Source: Sphaeroforma arctica JP610
Lineage: Eukaryota
NCBI RefSeq assembly: GCF_001186125.1
Contig: NW_014040114.1
Coordinates: 20,526-72,391 of the forward strand
Reading direction: 5' to 3'
Length of the DNA stretch: 51,866 bases
The notes under the pieces were generated by a model. That model was not told where the DNA came from and searched no databases. It saw only the letters and a program-made list of their open reading frames with translations. Both the position numbers and the translations under genes were made by a program. Positions 1 through 14,693 of this stretch are shown in pieces (position 1 is the stretch's first letter; the number at the start of each line of letters is the position of its first letter).

Positions 1-235
1 ATATATAACTATATTGTGTGTGAGTTATATAGTGTGTGTGAGTGTGTGTAGTATATATATATATATATATATATATCTGTGTCTGTGACTGTGTCTGTGT
101 ATACGTGTATATATGTATGTATGCATATATATATATATATATATATATATGTCTGTGTGTATGCGTGTCTGTGTCTATGTCTGCGTCTGTGTTTGTGTGT
201 CTGTGTGTTGTATTTATATATTTATATATTTATAT
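1..235. repeat. (TA)n/(TG)n microsatellite-rich tract
   Basis: Dinucleotide runs directly visible; the overlapping YIYI/CVCV ORFs are artefacts. Confidence 0.95.
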
Positions 236-819
236 CAAAAAAAATCGCTTGACCTCCTTCAATGTTTTACACCTCACTGTTTCATCTGGAATCGGCATAT
301 TGCATAGTAGCTATTTTGCAGGCATAGGGGCCACCAATGACAAATTTTGTTCTTCAACGCAGTGGAAGGGGAAGGATGCTATCGCATATAGGAATGAACC
401 TCATAACTTGGTATTACACGACTTTGCGGATATAAACATAGAATGGCACCGCTGATGCACACGACAACTCTGCGGATGTATGATCGAGGTTCGCAGATAT
501 GCATACGTGTATGAACATATAAAATGGCACCGCTGATGTACACACCGACCGGTGCGCACCTACAAGTTCTCCACTCGCGAGCCATTGACGTAAAATAATC
601 TACTTATTTTCGTAGACCTCTGATTGTATATGTGTTTCGCATCATCATCATCGTCGTCGTCGTCGTCGTTAGATAATCGAAGTACTTAACATTCAGCACT
701 TACTTGCGCAACACTTATTCCGTTTTGAATTTCAGGAATCTGCTGCTTGAGGTGACATCGTCGGTGACACGAATTTATTCCCGAGTTGGTTTAACTAAAT
801 ACCATCGATATCACAGACT

Positions 820-1962
820 CTACAATGCCCAGAGCTGTTGTACAGCCTTGGTGATACCCACGTCATTTAAGTTGAACATGATGAGTCCGCCGACCGTTCC
901 CACATGTACAACAACATTCAATACTGTAGACAATGGTGCGAAAATACCCTTTGCATAGTCGGTGAATACTTGCTCCATACCCCAGTATGAGTGTAGCGGT
1001 AGCACAACAGCCATCGCCATATCGATCTGCTCAATAGAATGGCTTGGAGACTTTAGCGAACATGGCATTGATGTCGATATATCTGTTAACCTCAATAAAA
1101 CACAACAAACGGGACTTGGTAAAATCTCGTTGACACAATTCGTCCTCACTACCTAGCTCCACCACGCTAAGAACTTAACAAATCACTTCATTAACAACCA
1201 AAGGGCGCCACCCAACGACTGTAGTTGCTTGGTGAGTGCTGACGCAGTGAACATGTATACAGACGAACGCCTCCCACAATACGCCACCCTACGTTCGATA
1301 TCTCGACCTCGTACAAAACAGACGCCACAACTTACCGGCAACGAAGGACCGACTACAGCAGCAGCGGGAATAAGAGCTAGAGATCCAACACTGACGACAC
1401 GTTCAGCTTTCCAATGCGTAGATTCCTTCATGCCCATTGCTGCTTTAATGTACGTTTGCGATCAACCCCGTGATGAAAATTAGTATACCAAGTTATGTGC
1501 ATTGTATGCAGCAAGGACGCAAAGGTAAAACTCAAGCGATTAGACCTCAGACAGCTTCAATTCACAACAGTGCTTACCTTGCATAGCAACGGGGGCGGCA
1601 TGGAAATTGCGGCCTTAAATGAATTTTTGATAGAATAGAGAATGCAAAACGACAGATGAGTGGTATTCATACGACCTGTTCGGTAAATCCACGCAATTTG
1701 TCGACAGACTTGCAATGTGTGCCCGCAAACTTTTTTTGTATATGCAAGGTGTACCTCTGGAAGAATGAGCAACGCGATCGAACTCGGGAGAAAAATTTTA
1801 GTTGTGAAGCCGACCATAGTACAATAAGTAGTAAGTAGTAAGTCATATGGCCGGGTCCACATGTATAAACATACCAGCAAAGCGCGAAGTAAGAGCTACT
1901 CGAGCACAGGTTGTGGATTGCCTGAAGGCAGGTGTCAGACGGGTGAACATAGCAGATGACAT
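820..1962 (-). CDS. SDHD: Succinate dehydrogenase cytochrome b small subunit (CybS/SDHD), 4 exons: 1962-1875, 1613-1578, 1442(or 1439)-1336, 1026-820
   Basis: Spliced frame reads MSSAMFTRLTPAFRQSTTCARVALTSRFA (Arg/Ser-rich mitochondrial presequence)-GRNFHAAPVAMQ-AMGMKESTHWKAERVVSVGSLALIPAAAVVGPSLP-IDMAMAVVLPLHSYWGMEQVFTDY...FNLNDVGITKAVQQLWAL*. This matches CybS motifs HW..ER, H..WG..QV.TDY and DVGI..AV..LW. All three introns are GT-AG (GTATGT, GTAAGC, GTAAGT) with compatible phases 1, 1, 0. Confidence 0.92.
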
Positions 1963-3239
1963 TGTTGTGGGATGAAGATCTGCGATATGAAAGTATGAAA
2001 ATATTTGGTCAGGTGTACGCGGAATAACTTGCCGGAAGTATGAACAAAATTGCAGTGTCTTTCCCAGAGTACGATTCAAAGCATCCAACGACTGCAGAAA
2101 ACGTACACGACGAAGAATAATTGCTAATGTAACTAACAGTAGTTGCTATTGCGCATTGAACAGTCGGAGATACAAAGAAGGCCACACACAAGGACACGTA
2201 CCAGAATCAAAGTACGCTGCACTTCAGTTTTGCTTTGGTTGGTGCCACAATCGCTACAAATATCACTGCTGTGAAGTGGGGGGGACTGAGGACAAGGGAA
2301 TCGTGACTACTGCTTATATTTCAAAAAAAAAAAAGTCTAAGGTCAGTACCGAACATGTTTATATGAAACGAGAAGGACAAGTTATTGGGCTTCCAAAGAT
2401 TCTTTTTCTGAAAACAAATATGTTTTGTAATTTGTTTTTATAAAATAGATGTTCTTTGCCTCATGCTCCTCTGTTTTTGTTTTTTGGATTTTAAAAACTC
2501 CTCAAATACACTCAACTCTCAACTTCATAAGTTCAAATCCCGAATCCGCAAGCCCTCACGCCTCAACCCTCTGTGTGGTAACGTACAGTCGTACATAAAT
2601 AGCCTTACTTTACACAGATATTTAGGGTTTAGCGTTCTATCGTCAGTTTCCAAATTTGTGTGGTGTAGCCACTGTCAAGAGAATGAGTATCCTCGAACAA
2701 CACATGATATAAATTTTAAGTGTCTAATTAGAAGACTATGTATAAAGACCGAATAAAGGCTTTGCACTTTGGCTGGTAAGTCTGGTGTGTCCGCATTTAT
2801 GCCTTCACAGTATGTCGGCCAATAGGACCGAAATTACTGGGACGAGTTAGCTTGCTTATGTGGGTGCAAGTATCCCTTTGGCTGTGAGGAATGTACAGCA
2901 CCCATGCCTCAGTAACGTACTAAACAACCCGAGCCAGTTACTGCAGTTATCAGTACTATATGTACTGAAAATCAAGGGAATGTGCTACATCTACGCAACT
3001 GCTGCTGTGCTTGTATCATAGTGGAATGGAAACCTAATACGTTTATCATAAATACTCAACCCAAAACTTGGAGCAAAATGCTTGACCACATCATCAATAA
3101 ACAGAAATCGTGAAGCTATTGGGCGCTACATAGAAACATACAATCAGGTCAGCCCATGGTGTTACTGGGCGCTACGTAGAAATATACCATCAGGTCATCC
3201 TATGGTGTTATGTATCACAAGCACGTTACTACATGACGG

Positions 3240-3257
3240 TGTATATCTATATTTATA

Positions 3258-3291
<34 letters not shown>

Positions 3292-3369
3292 GTATATATA
3301 TATCTATGTATCTATATATATCTATATATATATATGTGTGTGTGAGTGTGTGGTGGCTATCTGGGTAGG

Positions 3370-3406
<37 letters not shown>

Positions 3407-3443
3407 TTTGTGTATATATGTGTCTATACGCATATATATGCAC

Positions 3444-3474
<31 letters not shown>

Positions 3475-3562
3475 GATGGTTAGTTGGATGGGTAGATAGA
3501 TATAGATAGTTAGATATAGATAGTTAGATAGAGAGAATATATACATAGGTATATATATGCAT

Positions 3563-3605
<43 letters not shown>
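3240..3605. repeat. (TA)n/(TG)n/(GATA)n microsatellite tract
   Basis: Directly visible. Confidence 0.95.
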
Positions 3606-3606
<1 letters not shown>

Positions 3607-4122
3607 TACCTGTGACGTGGGTGAGGTGAATGTAGGCCGCATCGCTAACGTCAAAGGGGTTGTCAGTAAAGTTGGATTACATGGCTTCACCAGCTGCTGC
3701 ACTCGGTAGGCTCACATGGTTGTTAAGAATCATGTTGGCGCCAAAGTTTCACTCACAGAAGAAGGAACGGTGTGGTACTTAGAGGGCAACCAGGAGGCAT
3801 TTGGCTAAAAATGTGATATGATACATAGATGTTGGTGTATGACAGTCGTGATGAAGTGTAGCGCATCAGCGAGTATCTCTAATGAAAAGTCTCCGTAGCA
3901 AAGTTTATTGTTGTGGTATTGTTCTTTGACTTATTTTCAGAAGCAACAACCCCTACAAGATTGCTGTTTCCGCCAAAGAATAGATTACATCCCTCATGTT
4001 GTTCCGGACTTTGTTTGTATTCCTATTTTGGATAAACAAACACAAATATTAGTCAATACTGAAAGTTAGACTCGACATCTTTGTTGCAAACGAAATATAT
4101 TTCACAAAATAAGTTAGACAAA

Positions 4123-5126
<1,004 letters not shown>

Positions 5127-8100
5127 GTATAGCAGTACATAATTATACATATGCCATTTAGTAATATATGTGCTTTTTTATGGATCTGTGGGGTGAGTGA
5201 GTGTTTTGAGATTTTCTTCTTCGTAAAGCTTTGTTCGCTTGAAACCACCTTCTTTTTCACGGGGCTTGCCTTGCTGCGATATCACTACCGGACCATGTCT
5301 TGCTATTTCCAGTTTTTGCTATTCTCCAACTACACCAATCCTCAATAGAGCTTGTTACTATCAGTGTTTCCTTCCTCGCTGGTACCCCTCCAATTTTACC
5401 AAAATATTTACCACTTGCTGATTTCAAAGTATACGCAACTTCGCCAAGAGGGTATTGAAATTTCTACCCGATTTTAGGTGAAGGGTTTTTCATTACATAT
5501 AATGATAGAGCAATGTGCTGCCCTGCTACGTATGGCCAGTAATCAATTGGTTTGAGTGCGAAGGGACCAAACAATAGGTTTTGATCCAGCTCATCATGTA
5601 CAATTGATTGCTGGTGCCATGTGGCGTGCTCGTGGATATGCTGGTAGTGGTTGTACGCTTTTTTTATGCCTTTTTAGTCTGTTAGGTCTTTGAGGTTGCA
5701 CTTGTATTTTCGTACTGTTCATATAATGAATTGTGCATTATGTTGGAAAGTGAGCGGTAGATACTTCTTTTAAATGTTAATATATGTACTGGTGTTGTGA
5801 ATGTAGATTGACCAGATGTGTATGTGTACACGTATGTTTTGCGTATTCGTGAGTAGAGCGACTACAGCCACTCCTGTTGATATAGCCAATGCAAAAAAAA
5901 AAATGAGCTAGGTGTGTTAGTGGCTAGTACACTTGATAATGCAGCTACAGTAGCGGAATTCTAGGAGGTACTGTTGATAAAATGATAAAACATGAGTGGT
6001 ATGCGATTCGCGTCTGCTACTAAGAAAGTGACCAATATTACCGCATGGCATAATCAGGGCAACATTCATCGACAAATGTATCACACTTTCTGCTGTGTAT
6101 ATGTCAAACTAACTACTTACCATGATCAGGCACCCAATCATGTCACCAATAGCAACTTCATCGGCGCGAAACGAATGCGCATGAGTGTACCTTTTTCCTA
6201 TACTAACATGTCTTTATCGATATATATACTGAACAGCTGTCTACTAAGTTTCTTTGTTTCTGCAAGAGACAACTTACCTTGGGTAGAGTTTGGTCTAGAA
6301 TCGCGAGTAGTGATGGGATGCCTTTGTATCTACTGTTCCGTGAGTATACATTCCGATTCCTTAGCGTGAGATGTTGGAGATTTGACCGAGGAGCTCTTCG
6401 ATTTGGGACGACTGAGATTTCAAGAATACCTTTGATCATTCGATGTGGCCTAGCATTAAATCAAAAGATGAGACATCGGTAGCTGGCTTGAGAAGTGGTT
6501 GAGCTACTTGCGGCGGTAAAGGTTAACAACGATTGGACCCGGTGGTTTGGGCTAGGTGTATGAATTAGAGGTATGATCCGGGTTAATGGGCACTAAGAAC
6601 CAGTTGCGGACCAAGCGGAAAGGATCCCAATACACTGAGGGCGTTCATCAAAGGTGCCGCTGTTGTAGTGACTGGTATTGGAGTTTATTGGTGATTGGAC
6701 GCGTAGCAACGCTGGGTGGTGCTGGGCAAATGTTCTCGTCTGCGCTAATGATGAGCTATACTGGAGCGTGGGGCGTCAGGATTTTTCCGTAGAGAAATAA
6801 TCTTGATTTCAGTCGAAGTATTTGATTTAGTTTTCTTCGTAACCTTCGTTAGTCTGGTGCTGACTTCCTTCCGCACTGTGGTATTCGAATATTAACATAT
6901 TCGTTCTATTTTATTAGAACTGGGAGTGAAATAGTGGGATAAATCCTATTCGTACACCACATATTCAATTTCAATTCGATCAGTGACGCACAGATTGGTT
7001 TACTCCCCACCATTCTACTCCACGTTCTTTTCATTGCACAACCCACTGGGTTGGACTATAAAAGGACGATAGACAGGCGACTGTCAATATCCATTTTTCC
7101 TTCTACCTGCTTTTAGCAAAAGCATTTGCTCGCCTATCAAATTCTGTCCTCCACTACCTTGTAGTGAAGAACAATTAATATAACCTTGGCCCGGACGCCG
7201 AATAAGTGCAGCGAAAGCAGGCTGCTCAGGAAGTTCCGTGTATTAGGCAAACTCAGCTGGCCCGAGTAAACCAGCAAGCCCAGCTAGCCGCCTAGCAGGC
7301 CTAGCAGAACCTCCATCTTCGAGAGATGGCTAGGTGTAAAGGTGCAGAAATAGAACAGCAAAGGTACACGGTTCCTGGCCAGGGTCGCGAAAGCAGAGAT
7401 ATCCGGAGTATCTCCATCAGACCATATTTACAAAACCGTAATGTATTCCTCCGTATCGGCCTCAAAGTAGAGTACAAGTAAATTTTAGTGACCTGCACAG
7501 CTTTGTGGTGTCAGGACAGCGTATGTTATATCAAAGTTCTCATCGACGCTCCCATACAGCCACCAAGATGGTATAGAGGACAGAAGGAACTAGTGTTTAA
7601 AGAGCTTGATAACATTTTAAATTGAGTTGTTTAATTATTTAGCCCAAGGGCTCAAACAGATCCATCTAGGATGCCTGTCTATCGAAGACCATGAAAAGGC
7701 ATATTACGGTAATATACTGACTGTTATCGAGGACCTGGGACAGGTCGTAGAGCTGAAGCAACCCCGTATTCAAGAGGGGACGAAGTTTGTGGCCACAGTT
7801 GAAGCTCAGGTTTGCCTTCAACATTGCAACTCTTCCAATATTGCCAAGTACGTGCGCGCTAGCACGAAGCGTCAATCAGAACTGGCACTAATATAGAACC
7901 ACGAGTAAGTCGCCTGCGTTCACTCCGCTCTATCTCAAGGTCTAAAGATTTTGTGATAGGAGAACTCTCACAATATGTATCCTTACCGTGCACATACACT
8001 ACCTCCAACAGCAATGTAACAACTGTCTGATCAGTCATCGTCATGATCGCATCTCCACCAATCCTGTAATGTATACAGGATCAATCGTATGTACTGCAAA

Positions 8101-8545
8101 ATGAAAACGTTCCGCAAAACGACGATCCAACATAGCCAGTCTATACCCGTATCATTATAAACGGATACTTCCAAATCCTTGCATACCGCGTGCGTAACCG
8201 ACCCTAACCAACTATATCTAGTCAGGGACCCTTTGTAATCACAGCATTGACCTGCTTTGGGCATTCCGTACGCCAATGGCCAGTCTGGTTGCAGATGTGA
8301 CATTTGGGCCCACTGAGATCTTGTGGCGTAAATTACAAGTAGCACAAGCTGGTGCAGCCGGGGAACGTTGTTCATACGCTCAATTTGGTGTGTATGAACG
8401 CTCTCTAGAGGGGTCATATGAGTGCTGCCGCCTTCTTGGGGAACTAGTGTGACGGGTTGTGGCCGACATTTGTGGTGTATGAGATAAGTATGTATTTTCA
8501 CTCTACGCGGCCTGATGAGCCCGAGGTGGGTTATTATGCCCCCCA

Positions 8546-8620
8546 TTCAAGTGATTTGCTTGTGCTGGTTTTCAAGTGATTCGTTTGTGCTGGTTTTCAA
8601 GTGATTCGCTTGTGCTGGTT
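8546..8620. repeat. 25-bp tandem repeat x3 (TTCAAGTGATTYGYTTGTGCTGGTT)
   Basis: Three near-identical units starting at 8546, 8571 and 8596. Confidence 0.9.
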
Positions 8621-8814
8621 AGCCCAGGTATATGGGTTGGTTTAGCAGGACGTGCTTTCATGCATTTTACGGCCATTAACGCACACGAGGCTATCCCTTG
8701 CTTATCGATCTTATTAGCGAGAACCTCCAGCATGAGTCCTGTGTGTGCAATAGTGACAACCATGTGCATACAGTATTGCAATATCTTCAAGCGGCGACTC
8801 AACGCCACTAACTC

Positions 8815-9950
8815 TTAATTATACACCTGACACAAAGGTTCAGGCACTGCCGGATTACTGATCACGCTCAATAACATCATGTGCTCAACATTGCCCTTCT
8901 GATTTGACAAAAGCTTAAGATCAGCACACACATGCGCCCATGTAATCGACTGCGACGGGCCTAACTGTCTGTGCGGTACTACCCCCACCTCAGCCAGCGC
9001 ATCAAACATCGGTGTCGGCCCTACCGAAACCACCGGCGATAGCTAATAGGCCTCAATCACCTCAACTGGGTAATAGTGCATAAACTACACATCATACACA
9101 TACTTACGCTTTGCCCTTCTTCGAAGTTCCCAATCCCCAAGCCCCACGCGACCGACAACGGAAATCCTCATGCACAACATCAGAACGACGATCCACGAAC
9201 ACCTACTTGTGATGAGAATCACTATAAACAAAAGGGCCACCTAAAGGCATATCGTGTGCCGGATGAGAACCACCGGTTCGTATCAGCCTGCGACAGACCA
9301 ATGTGTCCCTGACCCACTGGTGAATGCAAACGTCCCCGGACAGCATGTATATCGACCTCATATAGCTCTTGATTATTCCGGACTCCAGTGAGCAATCGTG
9401 TGCCATTCAGCCGCTCAACCCAACCAATGCCCTGCAATGCAGCCCTTAAATGGCCCTCATCATCAGCCGACACCGTTACCGAAAGCTAAGCAGCTTCCTC
9501 AATCTCCTGGTTCAATATATAAATGACAGCCTTTATACCAATTTTAGAAGCTTCATTCAACACTATATTTCTTCCGAATATTGTAAGTATTATCCTCCTT
9601 GAGTAAAACGCCGAGCGTAATCAAATCGAATATACACGCCTTACGGAACAAATATCGAGACAGGCCATACGTGTGCATAACAAACCGTTCAACATCCGTA
9701 ATCGTAGACGTTGTAGGCAAACTAGTACGTACATCTAATTGAAGCTCTGGCGTAAGATAGGACAACAACAAATCCCCCTGGGCATGATACCTAGACACCA
9801 ACAATATCACCCCATCCTTGTGCGGTGCTCTCTTCCGGTACGCCGGACTGTTCTTAAACTGGATCCATTTTCATGCAACGGGAATTCTAGGTCGAACTGC
9901 TGCCCCTTGTATTGCCACTAAGGCCCAGGATCCCCCTCCTTATCCGCCTG
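8815..9950 (-). pseudogene. Possible highly decayed LTR-retrotransposon integrase remnant
   Basis: QGIGWVERLNGT resembles the third-catalytic-residue helix (NGxVERLNxT). MHTYGLSRYL resembles xxYGxPxxI, and RQLGPSQSI resembles the GPY/F motif. The motifs are in the correct order but split by stops and frameshifts. Confidence 0.35.
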
Positions 9951-10229
9951 AACCATCATACTAGATACAATCAGCACTCGCAATCGAAATATATATATAT
10001 ATAAAACTATTTTATGGTAAATACCATAGTAAGTAACCGATATCTGGGTCTACGTCCTCTCGCTTACTTGTAGTGGTGGCTAGCTTTTATTACTTTGTAA
10101 TTAAGCAACTGTCTCGAGATACGTAGTTTCCAGAGCCCTAGTTATCAAAGACAGCCACACATCCTATGTTTCTCACTAATACATTCCTCCTCAACCACTA
10201 TTCTACTATAAATATCCAACCCCCAACCC

Positions 10230-11000
10230 ATGCAGGTGGTTGCGTCTAGACCCAATGTCCTTGTCCGGTTCTGTTCCTTCGAGACAGGGCCCAACCGGAT
10301 GTATAGACATCCGACTAAGGTCCTACTACAGCAAGATGTGAAGAAGGAGATCCTCCAAGCAATCAGCTATGGTGTACGGCCAACTTGGGGGCCGAAGGGA
10401 TCTCCTCCTCCATCGAAAACAAAACAGTGAATAAACTCACCCGAAGACACAGAGTCAACGACTCGGACAGAATTTGAACGGATACGTACGAACGGTGTAA
10501 TCGGACGATGCGACGAATTACACGAATCATGGAACCAGAACCTTATCTGTTCTACTCAGCTTTCACGACTCCAAAATCAGACGTGATTCGAGCTCGTCTG
10601 ATTTTGAATCCAAAAGGCATCAACACTAACGCAAAAAAAAAATATGATATTCGGAGCAGAGGGGCATCTGTGGACATCAGGGACGGCTTCTGTACAATAG
10701 CTGTGGCCGATCCCAAGCTATGCCAATTCAGGAATGATACCGTATATTTTCTGGCTCTGGAGACGGGAGCCTACTTTTTTTCTAACTTGATTAAATAAAA
10801 TGAATTTAGTGATAAAAGTTCAACGGACGAAAGGAATCCGCATAATTTTCTATATCGACGATTTGCTTCTATTGGGCCGATCGAAGCGGATAATTCTACG
10901 TCATCACCGTCAAATTATACATCTATTCTACATTCTAGAACTGGATTTGCGAAAGGAAATGGCCATTGGATCCATACAGAAAGCAAACTTCAACAGGTAG
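10230..11000 (+). pseudogene. DIRS-type (tyrosine-recombinase retrotransposon) reverse transcriptase remnant
   Basis: ILQAISYGVR, FYSAFTTPKSD..RARLILNPKGIN, VDIRDGFCTIAV and GIRIIFYIDDLLLLG correspond to DIRS RT motifs (FYSxxFxVPKxD..RxILNLxxLN; DLxDAYxHI; GIRxxxYLDDxL). Frameshifted and truncated. Confidence 0.7.
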
Positions 11001-11373
11001 AAAAAGAATACAAACTAAATAATATTGATATATTGACCCACAAATATGCAGTTTAATCATAATATATATATAAATGAATAGGTAAGTGTTCTTTGTGCAA
11101 ACTACACATGCTGGCTGCATGATGTACGATGTTTGATATAGGAGAAATGACAAATTTGCACATGGACAATATATGCAAGTCATTAAATGTAGATTCAATT
11201 TTACGGGTTCGTTTTCTATTCACTAATACCGATTTTTATTTCCTACACACCTTTTTATCAAACAACCTTTGTAAGTAAATTTCTGGACTTGTTAATGTGT
11301 ATTCACATAGCCTCCTAAATTCACAGGCTGTAATATAGTTACTTTTCAAGTAAACTTAACATCTTATCGAAAA

Positions 11374-11727
11374 TGTACAAGGCTCGAAATCTGATTTGAT
11401 ATATATATATATATTCCCAATACATATTCAAATAGCAAGAATTGCGAGTTTCTTTAATATATGCTTACTTATGAATCTAAGGGTATCAGAGACCACCACG
11501 AACATGAAGAGAAAAACATTGATATCATAGAGAGCCGGAAAGAAAAGCTCGTGTACAAGGCTCGAAATCTGATTTGATATATATATATATTCCCAATACA
11601 TATTCAAATAGCAAGAATTGCGAGTTTCTTTAATAAATGCTTACTTATGAATCTAAGGGTATCAGAGACCACCACGAACATGAAGAGAAAAACATTAATA
11701 TCATAGAGAGCCGGAAAGAAAAACTCG
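11374..11727. repeat. ~178-bp tandem duplication (2 copies)
   Basis: TGTACAAGGCTCGAAATC... starts at 11374 and again at 11552, nearly identical. Confidence 0.95.
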
Positions 11728-12639
11728 CCAATCATTTATTGGTGCAGGCTCGTCGGGGACACGATGCAGTCTTCACTGATTCAGAAATGTATGTAATTGG
11801 TAGTACCCCTTGTTTAGTTTTCATGTTTAGCACCAAATAATTTGAATATATCTAAGAATTGATGTTCTGATCTTTCTTTCCTCGCCTGAGTTTGCCGGTA
11901 TGAAAATTAAACCGTTTCCGTGTTGTTTTTGTGTATAACCTGACTTTTTTATATTACTTTTATATACAACCGATATCTCTCACAAAATGAATTGAGACAA
12001 AGTGACTTTCATGGTTTAGCTTGCCTTGTCACAGATATTGCTTCATATGATTTATTGTTGATGATTCGACACGTAAACAGTCGGCCAATTTGCCAATGTG
12101 ATATAACAAGGAAACTAGTGCAAGTATGGTCTTCTAATGAATCATATATATTATTGTAAAATTGGTGGTACGATTGCCGACAAACCTTTACACGCTATGT
12201 ATTTGAGGAAAACCAGTGCAGACAGGGAATATACAGTCAGACAAATGAAAATAACGACAACAACAATAACTATGCTACAATGCGTGTTAAACAGGTTTGA
12301 GAAAAAAATTGATTGTCACTAGACAACATTCATATTTATCTATAATATTAAATCCAGTAAGGTATTTGATTAATTCATGATTACCCAACCAATAATTAGC
12401 AGTGAACTGCCAAGGAAAAAGCAACATCGCGTAAAAAATATCAGGCCGGAATACATGCATCGGGTGCACCAATGAGAGAGAAACTGTACGCAAACCGCAC
12501 TGCACGGACGCTAACTAAACGAAGTAATGAACTTGGCAAGTCTAAAGTATTTCAAAATTGTATCCGTATCGATCTACGTTGAGAAAGAGAGCACCGCCTT
12601 TTGTAATAAGCAGTGGGAACATCATACAAGCAGAAAAGA

Positions 12640-13350
12640 AGCGAAAGGAGATGATCAACGTAGATACCAATGTAGCGACAAGCGCTCCATCAGATTCGAA
12701 GACGTTTTATATCGGCGACTGGATCTTGCAGGAAGGCAATATATTAGAATGATATGAACCGAAGGAATGGATCAAAAGCTCGCGTATACTTAGGGCTTTC
12801 TACCATTCGTCGCAAATACTGATCCTCTTAAGCTTTTCTCATATGTGATGCTGATGCATATAGAATATGGATGGGAAACTTGCATAAGTATCATAAGGCT
12901 GATAGCTTGCGACTCAGGGTCTCGCACAGGTTTCTGAAACGACCTCGATATTGATCCGTGGAATTGCAGGAACGCACATTGGAACAAAATGATTGTCAAA
13001 CTGGACAAAACATTCTTACAGTTACTATTTTAGATGATAAAGAATTTTTCAAATATGTAATACGATAGAAAGAATATTATCTCACATACGCCAAACTGTA
13101 CTAGGCGGATGAACAATTCAGATCTATAGTACGATAGTTTATATATTATCTCAACGAGCAGGCGGACGATAGTTTTAGCGATGGAGTTTAAATTTGTACC
13201 TATGCTATCTCGTGTACGATTTGGAGACGTTGTGTTCGCACGATAATGTCACAAGTGTCGAAAATCACAACAGAATTCGAAAATGGTCTCGTACGTTCCT
13301 GCAAACGAGTATCAGAGACCACGTAGGCTACGCACCATTCAATATGTTTG
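12640..13350 (+). pseudogene. Possible decayed stand-alone integrase-core (rve-like) transposase remnant
   Basis: Ordered fragments GMDQKLAY*GF, NTDPLKLFSYV..EYG...IRLIACDSG and TSVENHNRIRKW resemble DGxxKLxxYGF / NNDPxxI..YG.P..VRxDxG / SVHNQRIERLW of eukaryotic non-LTR integrase-core proteins. Many stops. Confidence 0.3.
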
Positions 13351-14368
13351 AATGAATTAGCATATGTTAATATCAATTGTTTATAAGAAGGCAACATTAC
13401 CCCTACCTTATTAATTTTGTTCATATTCGAATCATATTACTATCGTAAATTTATACAACAACATACGGAATAATTTATGAACGATAATTACAACTATGTC
13501 CCTGCAAAATCATAAAATAAAAACCACCAAATGTGATATTTATTTAACGTATATATCAAAGGAGCTGCTATGTGATAGTCAATTGCGTTTGTGGGGAGTT
13601 TATCGGGTTAGTGCTCAAGTATGAGGCTTAACTCAGATAGTGTGTGGCACTGAAAACACGGCAAGTTGTAGGACCTGTGAATCCTGTGCGGTTTCCGGCG
13701 TGTTACATGGCGCCCAAGGCTAATATGTTTCAATCATGAGTGATGTATGGCACCCATATAACTATGAGTGGTGTATATTTAGCGCCCATCATTATTTCAT
13801 CTCGCTATGGGTGGTCCATGACATCCAAAGTTGAAAATGTAATTCAGTCAGAGTGGTGCTGGGGTCGAACAACCAATATTGCGTGCAAGCAACACTTGCA
13901 AAAGCGCAACGTAAGTCAGAAATGACACAAAGTGTGCTTCTGTGTATTAACATGTGTCCCAGGATATACGTGGTAATATATACACTGTGTGCATATAAGA
14001 TCATAGAATATGAGAACTGAAATTCGTGCCTGAATTTTGTACCATAGATTTCTTATAAAAGCTGAAGTACCTTGGTATCTAGTGTCGTATAAAACACGCT
14101 TGTATCAGTCAAACTATATGTAAGCGTGGTGTCTGTATGAACATTAGTTTTCTAAATTCGTACACGAATTTTGTAATAATGGATACACTGCAATACTGAT
14201 ATTTGCAGAGCGAGTATGATATACAAGTACAAAAAGTTGTAGTGTACATGTTCCTCATATGTCGTACTAGCATATTTTAACACGCCAACTGTACGATGTA
14301 CTTTTCTTCCTTTCTTATGTTTTATGATTGTCTGATCAGATAGATGATAAGTTCCCAACTTTGCATAT

Positions 14369-14693
14369 TGTAGCATTTAGAACCCAGATAATCAAAAAGC
14401 CAATCCAAATCTTAAAATCCAGAATCACCAAATATTGAGTTTTGGAATAAGGATTCAAATATTCTTGATTTTGGAGTCATCCGAAATACTAGCCGTAGAA
14501 CCCGTAAGCTATATCGGGACTCCGTGTGTGAGAGAAAGACTCAAGTAGAACCCTGAGTCTATTAGTAAACACATATAAAGACTCGGTTCGGTTCTCTCAG
14601 ACTAGGGACTTTCCTAGATGAGATAATCACATTTGGGAGGAGTTCTATTGTATCCTTTGGCTCGTACCTTTCAGCTACTCTTCATACTCTTCA
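14369..14693 (+). repeat. 5' LTR of element A (325 bp, TG...CA)
   Basis: TGTAGCAT...ACTCTTCA; homologous to the four other family-1 LTRs. Confidence 0.9.

Noticed and set aside
3608..3810. GC-richer island ending in a minus-strand splice donor (possible exon)
   Set aside because: Stops in the candidate frames and no recognisable product.
7057..7900. TATA-like TATAAAAG followed by gag-like ORF pieces (APRWYRG..., DHEKAYY...)
   Set aside because: No diagnostic motif, LTR pair or adjoining same-strand pol; cannot be supported.
8031..8808. Minus-strand ORFs considered as a DIRS tyrosine recombinase
   Set aside because: The R-H-R-Y catalytic signature could not be found.
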